This document shows, piece by piece, positions 11,110 through 21,893 of a stretch of 64,000 nt of DNA. Each line of letters opens with the position of its first letter. The stretch's first letter is position 1. The stretch covers positions 448,001-512,000 of the forward strand of contig CAWFQL010000012.1 in assembly GCA_963817915.1 (NCBI GenBank), given 5' to 3'. Under the pieces are notes generated by a model. It searched no databases. It was not told where the DNA came from and was given only the letters and a program-made list of their open reading frames with translations. Made by a program: the position numbers and the translations under genes. Source of the DNA: an uncultured candidate division Zixibacteria bacterium (lineage in GTDB: Bacteria; Zixibacteria; MSB-5A5; UBA10806).

Positions 11110-12108
11110 CTATATACCGAGTTTTGTCCTGAAGACTTCTATGCCTGATACATATTGCTTGAATTTCGTATAGTCGCTTGGAATCGGGTAGCGTCGCAAT
11201 GCAAATAGATTCGGGTTAGCAATTGTAAAATCAAAACCCTCCATACCGGTAACTGCCGCTATATACCCGGAGGTTTTCAATATCTCGATAGTCTCATTGT
11301 CGAAATCATCCTGTTGTCCGTTGGGATAACAAAAAATATCGGCTTTTGAACCCAAATGCTCTTCAATAATCCGTTTGGGTTCGACTAATTCTTCAACCTT
11401 TTGTTTTCTGGGAATTTTGGTGATTATTGGATGAGTAATCGTATGAGGATGGAAATCGATTTTTGATTTATGCATTTCGTCTATTTCATTCCACTTTAGC
11501 GGTTCGTATTTTCCCATCGGCTGGCCGGAGATATCAATTCCCATCACTTGCATCAGCTTATCAATCAGAGTCAATTTTTCTTCATTTTGAAGTTTTTTGC
11601 AGTAGCGAGTGACGGTCAACGCCAATCTGGCACGATTGCTGAAATCCAATAGCTGTTCTTTCCCCATGCCGCAGAAGCTGAGATCGACCTCGGTTAATCT
11701 GCACTGTTCAAACGCGAATTCGATCTTATCCCACCATAAAAACAGCCTTTTTTCAATAAAATCGCTCGTTAGAAATATTGTCGCGGGATAATCATATTTG
11801 CGAAATGTCGGGAAGGCGTTGAGATAGAAGTCGCGATATCCGTCATCAACAGTAAAGACAACCGACTTATAAGTATTCCGTTTTTCGATAATTGCCGCTA
11901 TATAATCTGATAGCGATAGTACCTTATAATTATTTCTCCTGAGAAAATCAAAGTACCGTTCCAGTAAATCGTTAGTGATCAGCCCATTGCTGCTATCTTT
12001 TTGGTGGATGCTATGGAGCATGAATACAGTTGCCGTGTTTTTAGTAAAGCCCGCGAAAAATGGATATAGGTTTAATGCGTCGGCGATCTTAAGAATGAGT
12101 TTTTTCAT
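11110..12108 (-). CDS. Polysaccharide deacetylase (NodB/CE4)
   Basis: TVDDGY, HTITHP, FCYPNG motifs. Confidence 0.9.
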   Translation of the reverse strand: MKKLILKIADALNLYPFFAGFTKNTATVFMLHSIHQKDSSNGLITNDLLERYFDFLRRNNYKVLSLSDYIAAIIEKRNTYKSVVFTVDDGYRDFYLNAFPTFRKYDYPATIFLTSDFIEKRLFLWWDKIEFAFEQCRLTEVDLSFCGMGKEQLLDFSNRARLALTVTRYCKKLQNEEKLTLIDKLMQVMGIDISGQPMGKYEPLKWNEIDEMHKSKIDFHPHTITHPIITKIPRKQKVEELVEPKRIIEEHLGSKADIFCYPNGQQDDFDNETIEILKTSGYIAAVTGMEGFDFTIANPNLFALRRYPIPSDYTKFKQYVSGIEVFRTKLGI

Positions 12109-12145
12109 ATTGCCTTAATTTTTAATATCGAGAAATTTCGGAGCT

Positions 12146-12763
12146 CTATTTTGTTCTTACAAGGCATTCGCCGTCTTCCACCATAGCGGTATACCCTCCG
12201 ATGATATAGCCGTCGCATTTTAATAATCTGTCAAGCATCTCTCGTTTTTTTTCGGGGGTTATGTATTTCATATCGTACTCTTTATATGGGAATAGAGGCA
12301 GGTTTTTCATGGCATTCTTTTGTTTTTCGAGATATTCCTCCAATGTGCAAATAACCTTGGCAGGATTCCCCGCGGCGACCGAATGTGGCGGTATATCGGA
12401 AGAAACTACCGAATTTGCCCCCACGATGGACATAGGGCCGATTTCTACACCGGGCAGAATAACTGTTCTGGTTCCGAAATGGCATGATTCATGGATAATG
12501 ATTCTGCCAATTCTCGTGGCGTCGATATATTCATTCGGCATGGCGTCATGGGCCAGGATGACGCACAATTCTCCAAAACCGCAATTGTCTCCAATCGATA
12601 TCAGAAAGCAGTGAGGAGCATCGATCCATGTTGACATCGGCAGGTTGACGCCTTTGCCAATCTGCATGCCCATCTCGCGCAAATTTTCCCAACGGCGAAT
12701 TTTCCTTTGAGTTTCAAACTTTTCCTTTATATGTCCAGCAGTCCGATATATAAATGACAACAT
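12146..12763 (-). CDS. Hexapeptide-repeat O-acyltransferase
   Basis: ILAHD, VILPGVEIGPMSIVGANSVV...AAGNPA. Confidence 0.85.
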   Translation of the reverse strand: MLSFIYRTAGHIKEKFETQRKIRRWENLREMGMQIGKGVNLPMSTWIDAPHCFLISIGDNCGFGELCVILAHDAMPNEYIDATRIGRIIIHESCHFGTRTVILPGVEIGPMSIVGANSVVSSDIPPHSVAAGNPAKVICTLEEYLEKQKNAMKNLPLFPYKEYDMKYITPEKKREMLDRLLKCDGYIIGGYTAMVEDGECLVRTK

Positions 12764-13102
12764 TATATATACCTCCTATCATCACTATTAAGGCGAGGGC
12801 GATTCAACATCCGCGATCCCAATTAATCCAATTTCCTGGTAAATATCGGCCGCATCTTCAAGCCAACATAATCGTCCAAATTAGTATATATTCAATTTTC
12901 GAGGATTTCCACCAAAAATGGAGGCTAATATCTAATGTGGATATGTAGTATCTTGAAAAGCGTTATTTTCGATTAGTTTTTTTGTGCTTGAAAGAGCCCG
13001 AAATCAGAATTAGCTTGCGGATAAAATTATGCGTATTTAGTTTAATTATACTTGTAGCGTATTGGGATTACCTAATTACGCTTGCGTTTCCGGAGGCCTA
13101 AA

Positions 13103-14074
13103 ATGGCAAAACTCGCAGTGATTGTCGTTAGCTGGAATACGGAAGAATTAACCAGAAATTGTCTAAAATCCGTAGAAGCTGAACTTAATAATATAGACAG
13201 TGAAATCTGGGTGGTCGATAATGCTTCATCTGACCTCTCGGTTGAGATGATAAACAATGAATTTCCCCGTATCAAAATTATTGAAAATCGTGAGAATTTC
13301 GGATTTGCCCGCGCAAATAATCAGGCCCTGAAAGCCGCTGAGGCAGACTATTATCTATTGCTAAATTCCGATACTATTATTCCACAAAATTCCATCAAGA
13401 ATATGCTGAGTTTTCTTGATTCCAATCCTCAGGCCGCGGCTTGCGCCCCCAGGCTGATTAAGAAAAATGGCGAAGCCATCAATCCGATTCAATCATTACC
13501 GTCGATCTTCGGAGAAATCAGAAATTGTTTTAATTATCACTTCTTTCCAGTGGGCAATATCATGAGGAGGCTATTATCTTCCAATACTAAACTCAATAAA
13601 AACGATCAGCGTCCTATTCAAAAAGAAATATTATCCGCGGCATGTTTGATTATCAGAAGGGAAACTATCAAAAAAATCGGCTATTTAGGCGAAGAGTTTT
13701 TTCTTTTTTCAGAAGAAAACGACTATTTTACCCGTCTGAAAAATGCCAAACTCGATAGCTATTATTTACCTAATATTGATGTCATTCATTTAATAGGGAT
13801 GAGTAGAATGAACTTGAATCAATATGAATCGGATTACAATTTCTTTAAATCCAGAATATTATATTTCAAAAAATACTGCAGTTATAAATCGGGAATATTA
13901 AAGCTGGTTTATTGTTTCTTTTTTTATTGGTCCATAATGACATTGACACTTTGGAGAATCATCAAGAAAAAAAAGAATGAATGCGGAGAAAATCTATATA
14001 AAAGCTTGCTTAAAACATTGTATTTGCTCACTCTGATTACCGAAGCCTTTTCACCGGCCATGGAAGCCTTTTAG
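13103..14074 (+). CDS. Glycosyltransferase family 2
   Basis: IVVSWN, VVDNASSD, NFGFARANN, LLLNSD; ATG at 13103 follows GGAGG. Confidence 0.9.
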   Translation: MAKLAVIVVSWNTEELTRNCLKSVEAELNNIDSEIWVVDNASSDLSVEMINNEFPRIKIIENRENFGFARANNQALKAAEADYYLLLNSDTIIPQNSIKNMLSFLDSNPQAAACAPRLIKKNGEAINPIQSLPSIFGEIRNCFNYHFFPVGNIMRRLLSSNTKLNKNDQRPIQKEILSAACLIIRRETIKKIGYLGEEFFLFSEENDYFTRLKNAKLDSYYLPNIDVIHLIGMSRMNLNQYESDYNFFKSRILYFKKYCSYKSGILKLVYCFFFYWSIMTLTLWRIIKKKKNECGENLYKSLLKTLYLLTLITEAFSPAMEAF

Positions 14075-14144
14075 CCGTAATTATTAGTAGTATTCCGATC
14101 TGAATGCAGGTAAACGCTACGAAAAATAGTTACTGCGCGAATTA

Positions 14145-14157
14145 TGAGCAATGCTCA
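14145..14157. promoter_or_regulatory. Palindrome TGAGCA-A-TGCTCA, candidate enhancer for a sigma-54 activator
   Basis: Perfect 6-1-6 inverted repeat about 150 bp upstream of a -24/-12 motif. Confidence 0.4.
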
Positions 14158-14308
14158 GATTTCAATAAGCGACTTAAGCTTATATGCTGCATGGGAGAGC
14201 TGTTATGGGCATTATATACAGCCTTTCATTGTACATATGGGCTCTTGAATCGCCCGGAATGTCCGTGCTAAGCCGTTGTCTCACAATGCATTTTTGAATC
14301 ACATTAGA

Positions 14309-14324
14309 GGGCATGATTGTTGCA
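14309..14324 (+). promoter_or_regulatory. Sigma-54 (-24/-12) promoter
   Basis: GGGCATgattgTTGCA with exact GG-N10-GC spacing, about 65 bp upstream of ATG 14388. Confidence 0.6.
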
Positions 14325-14387
14325 TTAAAGTCATTGTATAAGGATTCTTTCCGATATTAATTTTGAAGGACAATAAATGGAGGTTTT

Positions 14388-15503
14388 ATGAATAGATTTC
14401 TTTCATTCGCTTTAATAATCAGCCTTGTCATATTGGGAGCCAATCTCGGAGTTGCCGGCAATTTTTCGAATATCATGATGCTCCACCATTCTACCGGAAA
14501 TAATTTAATTAATCAAGGTGGAGTGCGTAGCCTGATCGCGGCCTACAACACCGCGCATGGCACAAACCTCGAGTTTTGGGACCACGGCTATAATGCAGAT
14601 GGCGTGCACAATCAGAGCGGTAGTTATTTTGCCAATTACAATATTCCCAATGATAATACCAACCCAGACGGTTTGTATGCATTGTTTATGTTGCCAATTA
14701 ATAATCCTCCTGATAATGCATTAAGCCGATTTCTCCTTGCGCATCCAATGGGGGTCGACACCGTTACCCATGATGTGTTTATTTTCAAATCCTGTTTTCC
14801 AGCCAGCGATATTTCGAGCGAGCAAATGCTGACTGATTACCAAAATTGGTATTTGGCTATGCGCACTATTATGGATGCCCATCCCGAGAAGATCTTTATC
14901 CCGTTTACTCCGCCGCCATTGGTCAGGAGCGCTACGACAACCGCAAATGCCGCACGCGCCCAGCGATTCGCCGATTGGCTGACGTCTTCGACGTACCTAT
15001 CCGGCCATCCCAATATTATTGTCTTTGATTTCAGACATTATTTAATGGAACATGACTCGACTTCAATTTATTACAATTGCCTGCGCGAAGTTTATGGTGG
15101 AGCTGGAAGCGATTCTCATCCCAATTTATTGGCCAATCAAACGGTTGCTCCGATATTTGTGACCTTTCTGACTGACGCAATCACTGCTTATCAGAATCTT
15201 CAGGGCCTTGACCCCGAAGATATTGGTTTGAGCATTCCGGGAAAATTGAGTATTCTGGGGAATTATCCTAACCCCTTTAATTCGTCTACCATAATTGAAT
15301 ACAGTCTGTCATCGGCAGGCGAAGTTACAATTGATATTTTTGATATTTTGGGGCGGAATTTAAAAAGCGTTCCAATCGGACTGCGGGAAGCGGGCCGATA
15401 TTCCTATAATTGGCAGGCCAATGGTTTGTCTTCGGGCACCTACATATTTAGGATAGGCGCCAATAATTCATTTGTCTCAAAAAAGATACTATATTTGAAA
15501 TAA
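14388..15503 (+). CDS. Secreted protein with SGNH-like domain and T9SS-type/FlgD-like C-terminal domain
   Basis: Signal peptide; HHSTG, FKSCFP, DSHPN; C-terminal GNYPNPFNSSTIIEYSL...SSGTYIFRI. Confidence 0.75.
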   Translation: MNRFLSFALIISLVILGANLGVAGNFSNIMMLHHSTGNNLINQGGVRSLIAAYNTAHGTNLEFWDHGYNADGVHNQSGSYFANYNIPNDNTNPDGLYALFMLPINNPPDNALSRFLLAHPMGVDTVTHDVFIFKSCFPASDISSEQMLTDYQNWYLAMRTIMDAHPEKIFIPFTPPPLVRSATTTANAARAQRFADWLTSSTYLSGHPNIIVFDFRHYLMEHDSTSIYYNCLREVYGGAGSDSHPNLLANQTVAPIFVTFLTDAITAYQNLQGLDPEDIGLSIPGKLSILGNYPNPFNSSTIIEYSLSSAGEVTIDIFDILGRNLKSVPIGLREAGRYSYNWQANGLSSGTYIFRIGANNSFVSKKILYLK

Positions 15504-15538
15504 ATTTGAATTTGCCCGAATTTATTATGGAGAAAATG

Positions 15539-15570
15539 AAAGCGTCCTATTAACTGTAGGGCGCTTTTTC
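15539..15570 (+). terminator. Intrinsic terminator between convergent genes
   Basis: aaagcgtccta-ttaactg-tagggcgcttt hairpin followed by a T-tract. Confidence 0.65.
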
Positions 15571-15729
15571 TTTCAGCTAATTGAGATGAGTAGTAATCTA
15601 TCGAACGGCCATTATGGGAAATGGCGAATTCTATCTTCAATAACTTCGAAATATTCTGCTAGTGGAAGAATGAGCGATAACGCTAAGGCTTTTCCTTCGC
15701 TAAAGATTAAAGTATGGCAAATTATCTTA

Positions 15730-17082
15730 CTACTCCTTCTTTTCCCGCAAGCATTTTCTGATTGCCTGTATTGCACTTTCTCCAACTGCGCCCCACGCAG
15801 TCTCTCCTTTTTTGCTTAAGTCAAAATTTGGATCTTTTATGTGAATGGAGAATTTGGTTCCGGCGGATGTTGTAATTGTAAACTTTTCAATATCAATCAA
15901 TATTTTTTCGTCATGTATCGATCGCTGTTTCTCAAAATTTGTTGACGCTGAAACAATATCCTTATAAAAAAATTCATGTGTAGTCTCATCTGAGGCCTTG
16001 CCCGTAATTAGATCAAATGAGCACGAGTAGCATAGCAATTGATCTTGACCAAATGATATTACGGACAGTAGCAGGGGTGTAAATCTCCATTTCTTATCCC
16101 TGCCGAATTTTTGACGATATTGGGCATTGGTTCGATCCGCGATATAGGTCAATTCCGAACGAGCAACTATCTTGGCATGATCGAAAGAGAATTTATCCAT
16201 CGAAATGACATTGATCAGATTTTCTTTGTCTTCGGCCAGATACCAGTCCATTTCTCCGGTCGAGGGCATTTGCCATTGATGCCACGAGATTCCAAAGAGT
16301 CCCATGCAAATTACAATCGCCGCTGCGATTATGATTTCCTGTGAAATACTTAAACCCATAATTAATGCGATTGCGCCTACAAACAAACAGAGGCGAGCCC
16401 AATTTGGAGATTGATCAAAGTAATTCTTTATACGGAATCTCTTCGTTTCTTCATGAATGTTGTCCGGTTTATTCTTCCTGACTTTATCTTTTACGTACTT
16501 GTTTTGGAAATCCAAATGGCCAAGCATTTTTTCTATTTCGGCCTTATCCTGGTTTAATTTACTGACTTCAATCATAATACTACCGGGGCCCGGGGGAGGG
16601 ACAATGAGCCCATTGTCTTCATAATACCCCCATTTTATTATGGCGGATAAATGAAGATAATGTGCTTTAGAATTGTCAAGTTTGATTGCGGCGTTTAGAT
16701 GGCTTTCTATTTCCTGTACTTCTCGCTTTGTAATTGACTTTGGCCGTCGGCCTTTTAATAACGATAAGGCAAGATAATAACGCGCGTTTGCGTTCTTATA
16801 ATTCAGATTGACAACTTTCCTGAATCTATCAATTGCCTCATCGTATAGCCTAAGTTCGAGACAGCCCAATCCAATCGCATGATGGTATTCTTCATTATCC
16901 GGATTTGATTCGGATAAAATCTTAAGCTGATCTATATATGCCCGAGCATTGTCATTTTTAATTTTGTTGAAGTCGGCCAAATTCTTGATATAAAGCTTAT
17001 TTTGGCACTTGTCGCATTCGTCGAGAGGTTCATTTTTCGGGGGACCCGCAAGGCAATAAGGGCATTCAAATCTTATGGGCAT
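15730..17082 (-). CDS. Zn-ribbon + TPR + two-TM hypothetical protein
   Basis: CPYC...CDKC, TPR-like helices (YDEAIDRF, ARYYLAL), hydrophobic helix pair. Confidence 0.7.
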   Translation of the reverse strand: MPIRFECPYCLAGPPKNEPLDECDKCQNKLYIKNLADFNKIKNDNARAYIDQLKILSESNPDNEEYHHAIGLGCLELRLYDEAIDRFRKVVNLNYKNANARYYLALSLLKGRRPKSITKREVQEIESHLNAAIKLDNSKAHYLHLSAIIKWGYYEDNGLIVPPPGPGSIMIEVSKLNQDKAEIEKMLGHLDFQNKYVKDKVRKNKPDNIHEETKRFRIKNYFDQSPNWARLCLFVGAIALIMGLSISQEIIIAAAIVICMGLFGISWHQWQMPSTGEMDWYLAEDKENLINVISMDKFSFDHAKIVARSELTYIADRTNAQYRQKFGRDKKWRFTPLLLSVISFGQDQLLCYSCSFDLITGKASDETTHEFFYKDIVSASTNFEKQRSIHDEKILIDIEKFTITTSAGTKFSIHIKDPNFDLSKKGETAWGAVGESAIQAIRKCLREKKE

Positions 17083-17173
17083 GATATTTTACCAGGATAA
17101 TCGAGTTTTCATTGATCCAGTTTCCAATTAGACCTCATAAATATAATGATATCAAAGCTTCGTTTTTTCTGTC

Positions 17174-17950
17174 TCATTGGATCGCAACCCGATTTGCGAT
17201 TGACCTTAGCCCGATAGCTCGCTGTCCCAAGAGAATCAAATCCGCCCTATTATCGATTCCTGATAAGTCCAAATTCGAAATGTCTGTGCAAAGAATTTTA
17301 ATATTATCAGCAAGCAATAGATATTCTTGATTGCCCTTAAAAGAACCAGCATGATTTATTGAATACTTAAATTTCTCTTTCAATAACTTTATTTCATTTC
17401 GAATCTTTTCTAATTCATCATGCGAATCCGAATATCCTTTTGCTTCAGATAAACGATCTTCTTGTGCTTGAAGCAATAAGCATAATTCTCTTGATGCGAT
17501 GACATTGTCTATGGCTTCCGGACCTATGCTTGACGCAGAATCGGCATGCATAAGAAATACGCATATTACAGTTGCCAAGACAAATGCAAGGATCTGGGCA
17601 ATTAAAAAATATCTACCTGAAATGAAAGTATCGGGCGTAAATGCCCCACCGACTGTCAGTAGAAATGATATGCCAATATAGCCAAGTATAATCATTCCGA
17701 GTGCCGGCAAGATCCCAGAAGATTCTGTCAACTTGATCTTTGATATAAATATTTTCTTTAGTAAACCGCCGATCACCCCCCATGCCAAGGCAGTCAGAAT
17801 CTCAATCCAAATTATCCTGAGCCAGAAATATGGAGATCGATTGTTCCCCGGGACTAGCAAAAGGGGTATTATTATTGCTGATACCGCTGTAATTATATAG
17901 CCGAATATCGAGATGGCGCCCATTCTTTTATTCTCGTTAAATCTATTCAT
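17174..17950 (-). CDS. Hypothetical membrane protein (4 TM + coiled-coil C-terminus)
   Basis: Four hydrophobic segments then a charged helical tail; tight operon spacing. Confidence 0.65.
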   Translation of the reverse strand: MNRFNENKRMGAISIFGYIITAVSAIIIPLLLVPGNNRSPYFWLRIIWIEILTALAWGVIGGLLKKIFISKIKLTESSGILPALGMIILGYIGISFLLTVGGAFTPDTFISGRYFLIAQILAFVLATVICVFLMHADSASSIGPEAIDNVIASRELCLLLQAQEDRLSEAKGYSDSHDELEKIRNEIKLLKEKFKYSINHAGSFKGNQEYLLLADNIKILCTDISNLDLSGIDNRADLILLGQRAIGLRSIANRVAIQ

Positions 17951-17958
17951 AAGGGCAG

Positions 17959-18981
17959 CTAAATCTTGTCTAATATATCCTTCTTTTTCATATCGTATTC
18001 TTCTTTGGAAATTAGCCCGGCATCAAGCATTTTCTTGATATCGTTCATTTTGGCGAAAGCGTCTCCGGGTATCGATTTGTTAACCTGACTTGAACCTTCC
18101 TCAGTCGAACCGGCAATATTCTGACCTATTCGCCTGCCAGCCTCGGCCCCAATACTTATACCCGCGCCGCCCAGCAGAAAAGCGTTTGCAATACCGCTAT
18201 CATTTTCAGCCGCCTTTTCGATAGAATCGAGTATTTTCATTGTAGTATAGGCGGAGCCCACTTTCGAATTGCTAATTAGATCTATTTCCATCTTTTTACC
18301 ATAAACTTCTTGGATTTTCGCCATCTCTTCTTGAGGAATTCTGATTGACTCAATATTAAAATTGGTTATCTCAATACCGAATCGATCAAATTCCTTGAAT
18401 AGATTATTCTCCATTTGTTTAGAGAGCTCATTCAATTTTGAATTTATATCAAATATTGAAACTTTATTTTCAACCATTATTTTTGACAGCATATCACCGA
18501 CTCGCTGAGCAATTTCGCCTGTAAAATATTTTACAATCTTCCGGGCATTAGTTATCCCTATTGTTCCGACGACCTGAGAATAAAAATTTCGAGAATCCTT
18601 GATCCTCAAACCCCAGTAGCCATTTGCGCCCAAATTTATGGGTACATTAATTTTGGGATCCATAAGCGGAATCAGCCCATTGGTCCCCCATCCTAGATCT
18701 CGCTTTGCCGTCTTATTGAAAAACCAAATTTCGGCGGTAAATGGAGTTTGATTGCCAAAGGCTAAATTTACAATCTTATTCAATAATGGAAAATTAGGAG
18801 TAACCAGCGTATGAGTCCCGGGGCCGTATAAATCAAGCGCCTGTCCGCCTTTGACTAAAATCGCTTCCTGGCTCTGATTCACTATTAATTGACTGCCTAT
18901 TTTAATCTCATCGCTTGGATATTTCCAGACTAAAATATCGTCAGATGAGGCATCGAATTTTATTCTATCAAGTGTATCCAT
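17959..18981 (-). CDS. SPFH/band-7 domain protein (YdjI-like) with C-terminal SHOCT domain
   Basis: LVWKYP, GSQLIVNQSQEA, GPGTHTL, TPFTAEIWF; SHOCT KKMLDAGLISKEEYDMKKKDIL. Confidence 0.85.
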   Translation of the reverse strand: MDTLDRIKFDASSDDILVWKYPSDEIKIGSQLIVNQSQEAILVKGGQALDLYGPGTHTLVTPNFPLLNKIVNLAFGNQTPFTAEIWFFNKTAKRDLGWGTNGLIPLMDPKINVPINLGANGYWGLRIKDSRNFYSQVVGTIGITNARKIVKYFTGEIAQRVGDMLSKIMVENKVSIFDINSKLNELSKQMENNLFKEFDRFGIEITNFNIESIRIPQEEMAKIQEVYGKKMEIDLISNSKVGSAYTTMKILDSIEKAAENDSGIANAFLLGGAGISIGAEAGRRIGQNIAGSTEEGSSQVNKSIPGDAFAKMNDIKKMLDAGLISKEEYDMKKKDILDKI

Positions 18982-19438
18982 TTTTTTCTCCAGGATTAAT
19001 TTTATGCCACTCTTTTTGATAAATGCTACAGCCAGGAAGACGATCTAATATTAGTGTAAAATCCGTTTTGAATTTTTACGAGTTTTAATTGTCGAATTAA
19101 ATCGAAAGCGATTCTTCGGCAGATTTCGTCCGGCATGAGTATTATTAGAACCATGCACGCGCTCCTTAAATACTATCATCAGCGTTTCTGGGGAAAACGC
19201 ATAACGACTAATATTTAATTATAGAGTCGAAGCTCTAATTTGTCAAATTATAAAAAGCAAATGATCGATGCAGAAATAATGATTTCAAAACCTGATAACG
19301 GTGCATTAATCGCGTTACCGGCATGATATCGCAGGAACATTTTAGCAGAAAAAAGGTTAAGTTTATCCAATGGGCAATTGACCATCCCATGGCAAATGCC
19401 CGCGTGGCAATTGATAAATATCAATAAGGAGCGGCAAC

Positions 19439-20059
19439 ATGCGTAAACTCATTGTCTGTAATTTTGTCACATTGGATGGTCTTTATGAAGGGAAGGATAA
19501 ACGTATAAACTCGTTATTTGCCGACCTGCATGAAGATTACGCGAATGACGATAGTTTCGATTTTTACAATGCTGAACTGATGCGATCCTCGGACTTTCTG
19601 CTTCTAAGTCGCAATTCATTCCTGGGCAATAAGGATTACTGGTCGGGCGTCCCGAATAATCCCAAATCAACTAATATCAGACGTGAGATCGCGGGGCTAA
19701 TGACCTCTATCGAGAAAATCGTCATTTCGGACAAACTGAAAGAAGCGGAATTAGCGCCTTGGGGAAATACGCGTATCATCAAACGATTGGATGCATACAA
19801 AGAGATTGCCGAACTCAAACAACAACCTGGCAAAGACATCCTTGTGATCTTGAGCCGTCTGCTCTGGAATGATTTGCTTGTACATGATTTGGTGGATGAA
19901 TTGCATCTTGCTTTTTTCCCATTGATCGGCGGCGAAGGCACTCCGTTATTTGACGGCCACCCACGAGTGTCACTTAAGCTCGTTAAAACTCGTACTTGGG
20001 AAGGTTCGGGTAATATCCTCGCCCGCTATGAAGTCAGCCGCAAGCCGTCAATAAAATAA
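19439..20059 (+). CDS. RibD C-terminal/dihydrofolate reductase family protein
   Basis: [38 protein letters not shown]. Confidence 0.85.
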   Translation: MRKLIVCNFVTLDGLYEGKDKRINSLFADLHEDYANDDSFDFYNAELMRSSDFLLLSRNSFLGNKDYWSGVPNNPKSTNIRREIAGLMTSIEKIVISDKLKEAELAPWGNTRIIKRLDAYKEIAELKQQPGKDILVILSRLLWNDLLVHDLVDELHLAFFPLIGGEGTPLFDGHPRVSLKLVKTRTWEGSGNILARYEVSRKPSIK

Positions 20060-20120
20060 TAGTTTAGGGCCTGACCGGAACGGAATATCACCCTAAGTTC
20101 AATAGAACCACATTAAATTG

Positions 20121-20152
20121 ATTCAACGAAGGCGGGGGGAATCGAATCCCGT
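20121..20152 (-). repeat. Degenerate copy of the tmRNA 3' end (att-like site, most distal)
   Basis: attcaacgaaggcggggggaatcgaatcccgt versus ssrA attcaatggaggcggggggaatcgaacccccgt. Confidence 0.75.
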
Positions 20153-20295
20153 TTTCCTTAAATAGAGTGTGGGTTTATGACTGCGGTGCCCAAATGGGGC
20201 CAAGTTTTGGTAACGTAAATTTTTGGATTTCGGCCTATCGCGGCCTCCAATCAAATATTACTCGAAGTTTCTCTGAAATGAAAAATCCATCAAAT

Positions 20296-20330
20296 AAAAA
20301 AAGGGCTGGCAAAATACCAGTCCTTTATTT
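20296..20330 (-). terminator. Intrinsic terminator downstream of the RRM gene
   Basis: aaaaaaa-gggctgg-caaaata-ccagtcc-tttattt hairpin with A/T tracts on both sides. Confidence 0.6.
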
Positions 20331-20409
20331 TATCGGCTATCTGCCCTCAATGGAGCAGAATCGTTCGATATCTCAGCCAGCTAATGCTGGCCTCGCCTTG
20401 CGTCCTTCG

Positions 20410-20685
20410 CTAATAGCGGGAGCGACTGCTACTGCTACTCTCTGAACGTGGCTTAGCAACATTTACAGTCAACGCGCGGCCATCAAGCTCTTTGCCATTC
20501 AAATTGGCGATCGCGGCTTCGGCCTCGGACTGGGTAGGCATTTCGATAAAGCCGAATCCCTTGGATTCGCCGCTCATCTTGTCCTTAATAATGTTCGCAG
20601 ATGTGACCTGTCCATGGCTTTCGAATGCCTGACGAAGATCGTCTACTGCTGTCTGTCTTGCTAGATTTCCGACGAATAAATTCAT
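20410..20685 (-). CDS. RRM-domain RNA-binding protein
   Basis: RNP2 LFVGNL, RNP1 KGFGFIEM, Ser/Arg tail. Confidence 0.92.
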   Translation of the reverse strand: MNLFVGNLARQTAVDDLRQAFESHGQVTSANIIKDKMSGESKGFGFIEMPTQSEAEAAIANLNGKELDGRALTVNVAKPRSESSSSSRSRY

Positions 20686-20952
20686 CGTTTTCTCCTTTGT
20701 TCGTTCATCTTGCCGCTCACTTTGTTAGGAGCGATCCTTCGGCAAAATTAAATACATTTCTGCGCTTTATTGCGCTTTGTGACCTCAGATTAATTTTTAC
20801 CAAGGATTGAGTGCTGGGCAAGGCTTGAGAAAACTAATAACGGAGATCGTTACCATGACAAGCATAGCGACTATGTGCTTGAATGTCAAGAACTATTATC
20901 ATGTGTTTTCGATTCGGCCTGGCGAACACGGCTGGTGACGTCAGGTACTTTA

Positions 20953-21893
20953 TTAGTGTTTTTCAAGCCATTCCAGTATAGCGCGAAGACTGCCTGTGGC
21001 CAAAGCGATACTCGTATCCGCCGCGCCGTAATACATGCGGATGGTGTCGCCATCGGGAGCTAAAGTGCACCCGCAGGGAAAGACTACATTGTCTACATCG
21101 CCTCGCTGCTCGTAAGATTTTTCCGGACCAAAAATCCACTCGTTGCTTCGCTTAAGACATAGCTCCGGTGCCTGCAAATCGAACAACGCCAGGCCAAGTC
21201 GATAAATAGCGCCAGCTGCATTTTGTCGAACCCCGTGATAGATTACAAGCCAGCCTTTCCCAGTCTCGATAGGCGGAGACGATAGACCAATTTTATTCGC
21301 ATCCCACCACCCGCCAAGCCTGGCCTCCAACATTAATTTGTGATTGCCCCATTGGCGCAAGTCGGATGAATAGGAAATCCACATGTGGGCGCCGGGCGAA
21401 CTTACCGGGCGGTGAATCAATGCCCAGTTTCCACCGATACGATGAGGCAGTAGGGCCGCATCTTTATCTTCAGGCTGCATTATCAAACCATAGCGCTCGA
21501 AGTGATTAAAATCCTCGGTAAGCGCCAGGGCTACGCCCGCGCCGTCACGCGTGTAGGCGGTATAAACGATAGCGAATTTCCTTAATTCGGGCACATAGGT
21601 TATGCGCGGATCTTCAATGCCCCACAATTCTTCCGGGAAATTACTCGGGATCCGCGAGTAAAGTGGGCTGAGAATCAATTTTCCAGTTATCTATGCCGTT
21701 GGCCGAGCGGGCAGCGCAAAGGTGGGAATGGCCGCGACGGTCTTCCACGCGACACAACAAAAGAGTGGTTCCGTCGGCCAACAATACCGCTCCAGGGTTA
21801 AATACGCTATGCGCCGGATAGGGCCAATCTATCAGCGCTCAATATTGGATTTTGGTTATGGCGAATAAAAAGTTCGGGATATTGATTGCTCAT
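20953..21893 (-). CDS. GH130-like glycosidase/mannoside phosphorylase (two apparent frameshifts near 21830 and 21660)
   Basis: ATG at 21893 overlaps the upstream TGA; NPILS, VFNPGA, RVEDRRG in shifted frames, then WGIEDPRI, DKDAAL, VVFPCG, YYGAAD. Confidence 0.82.
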
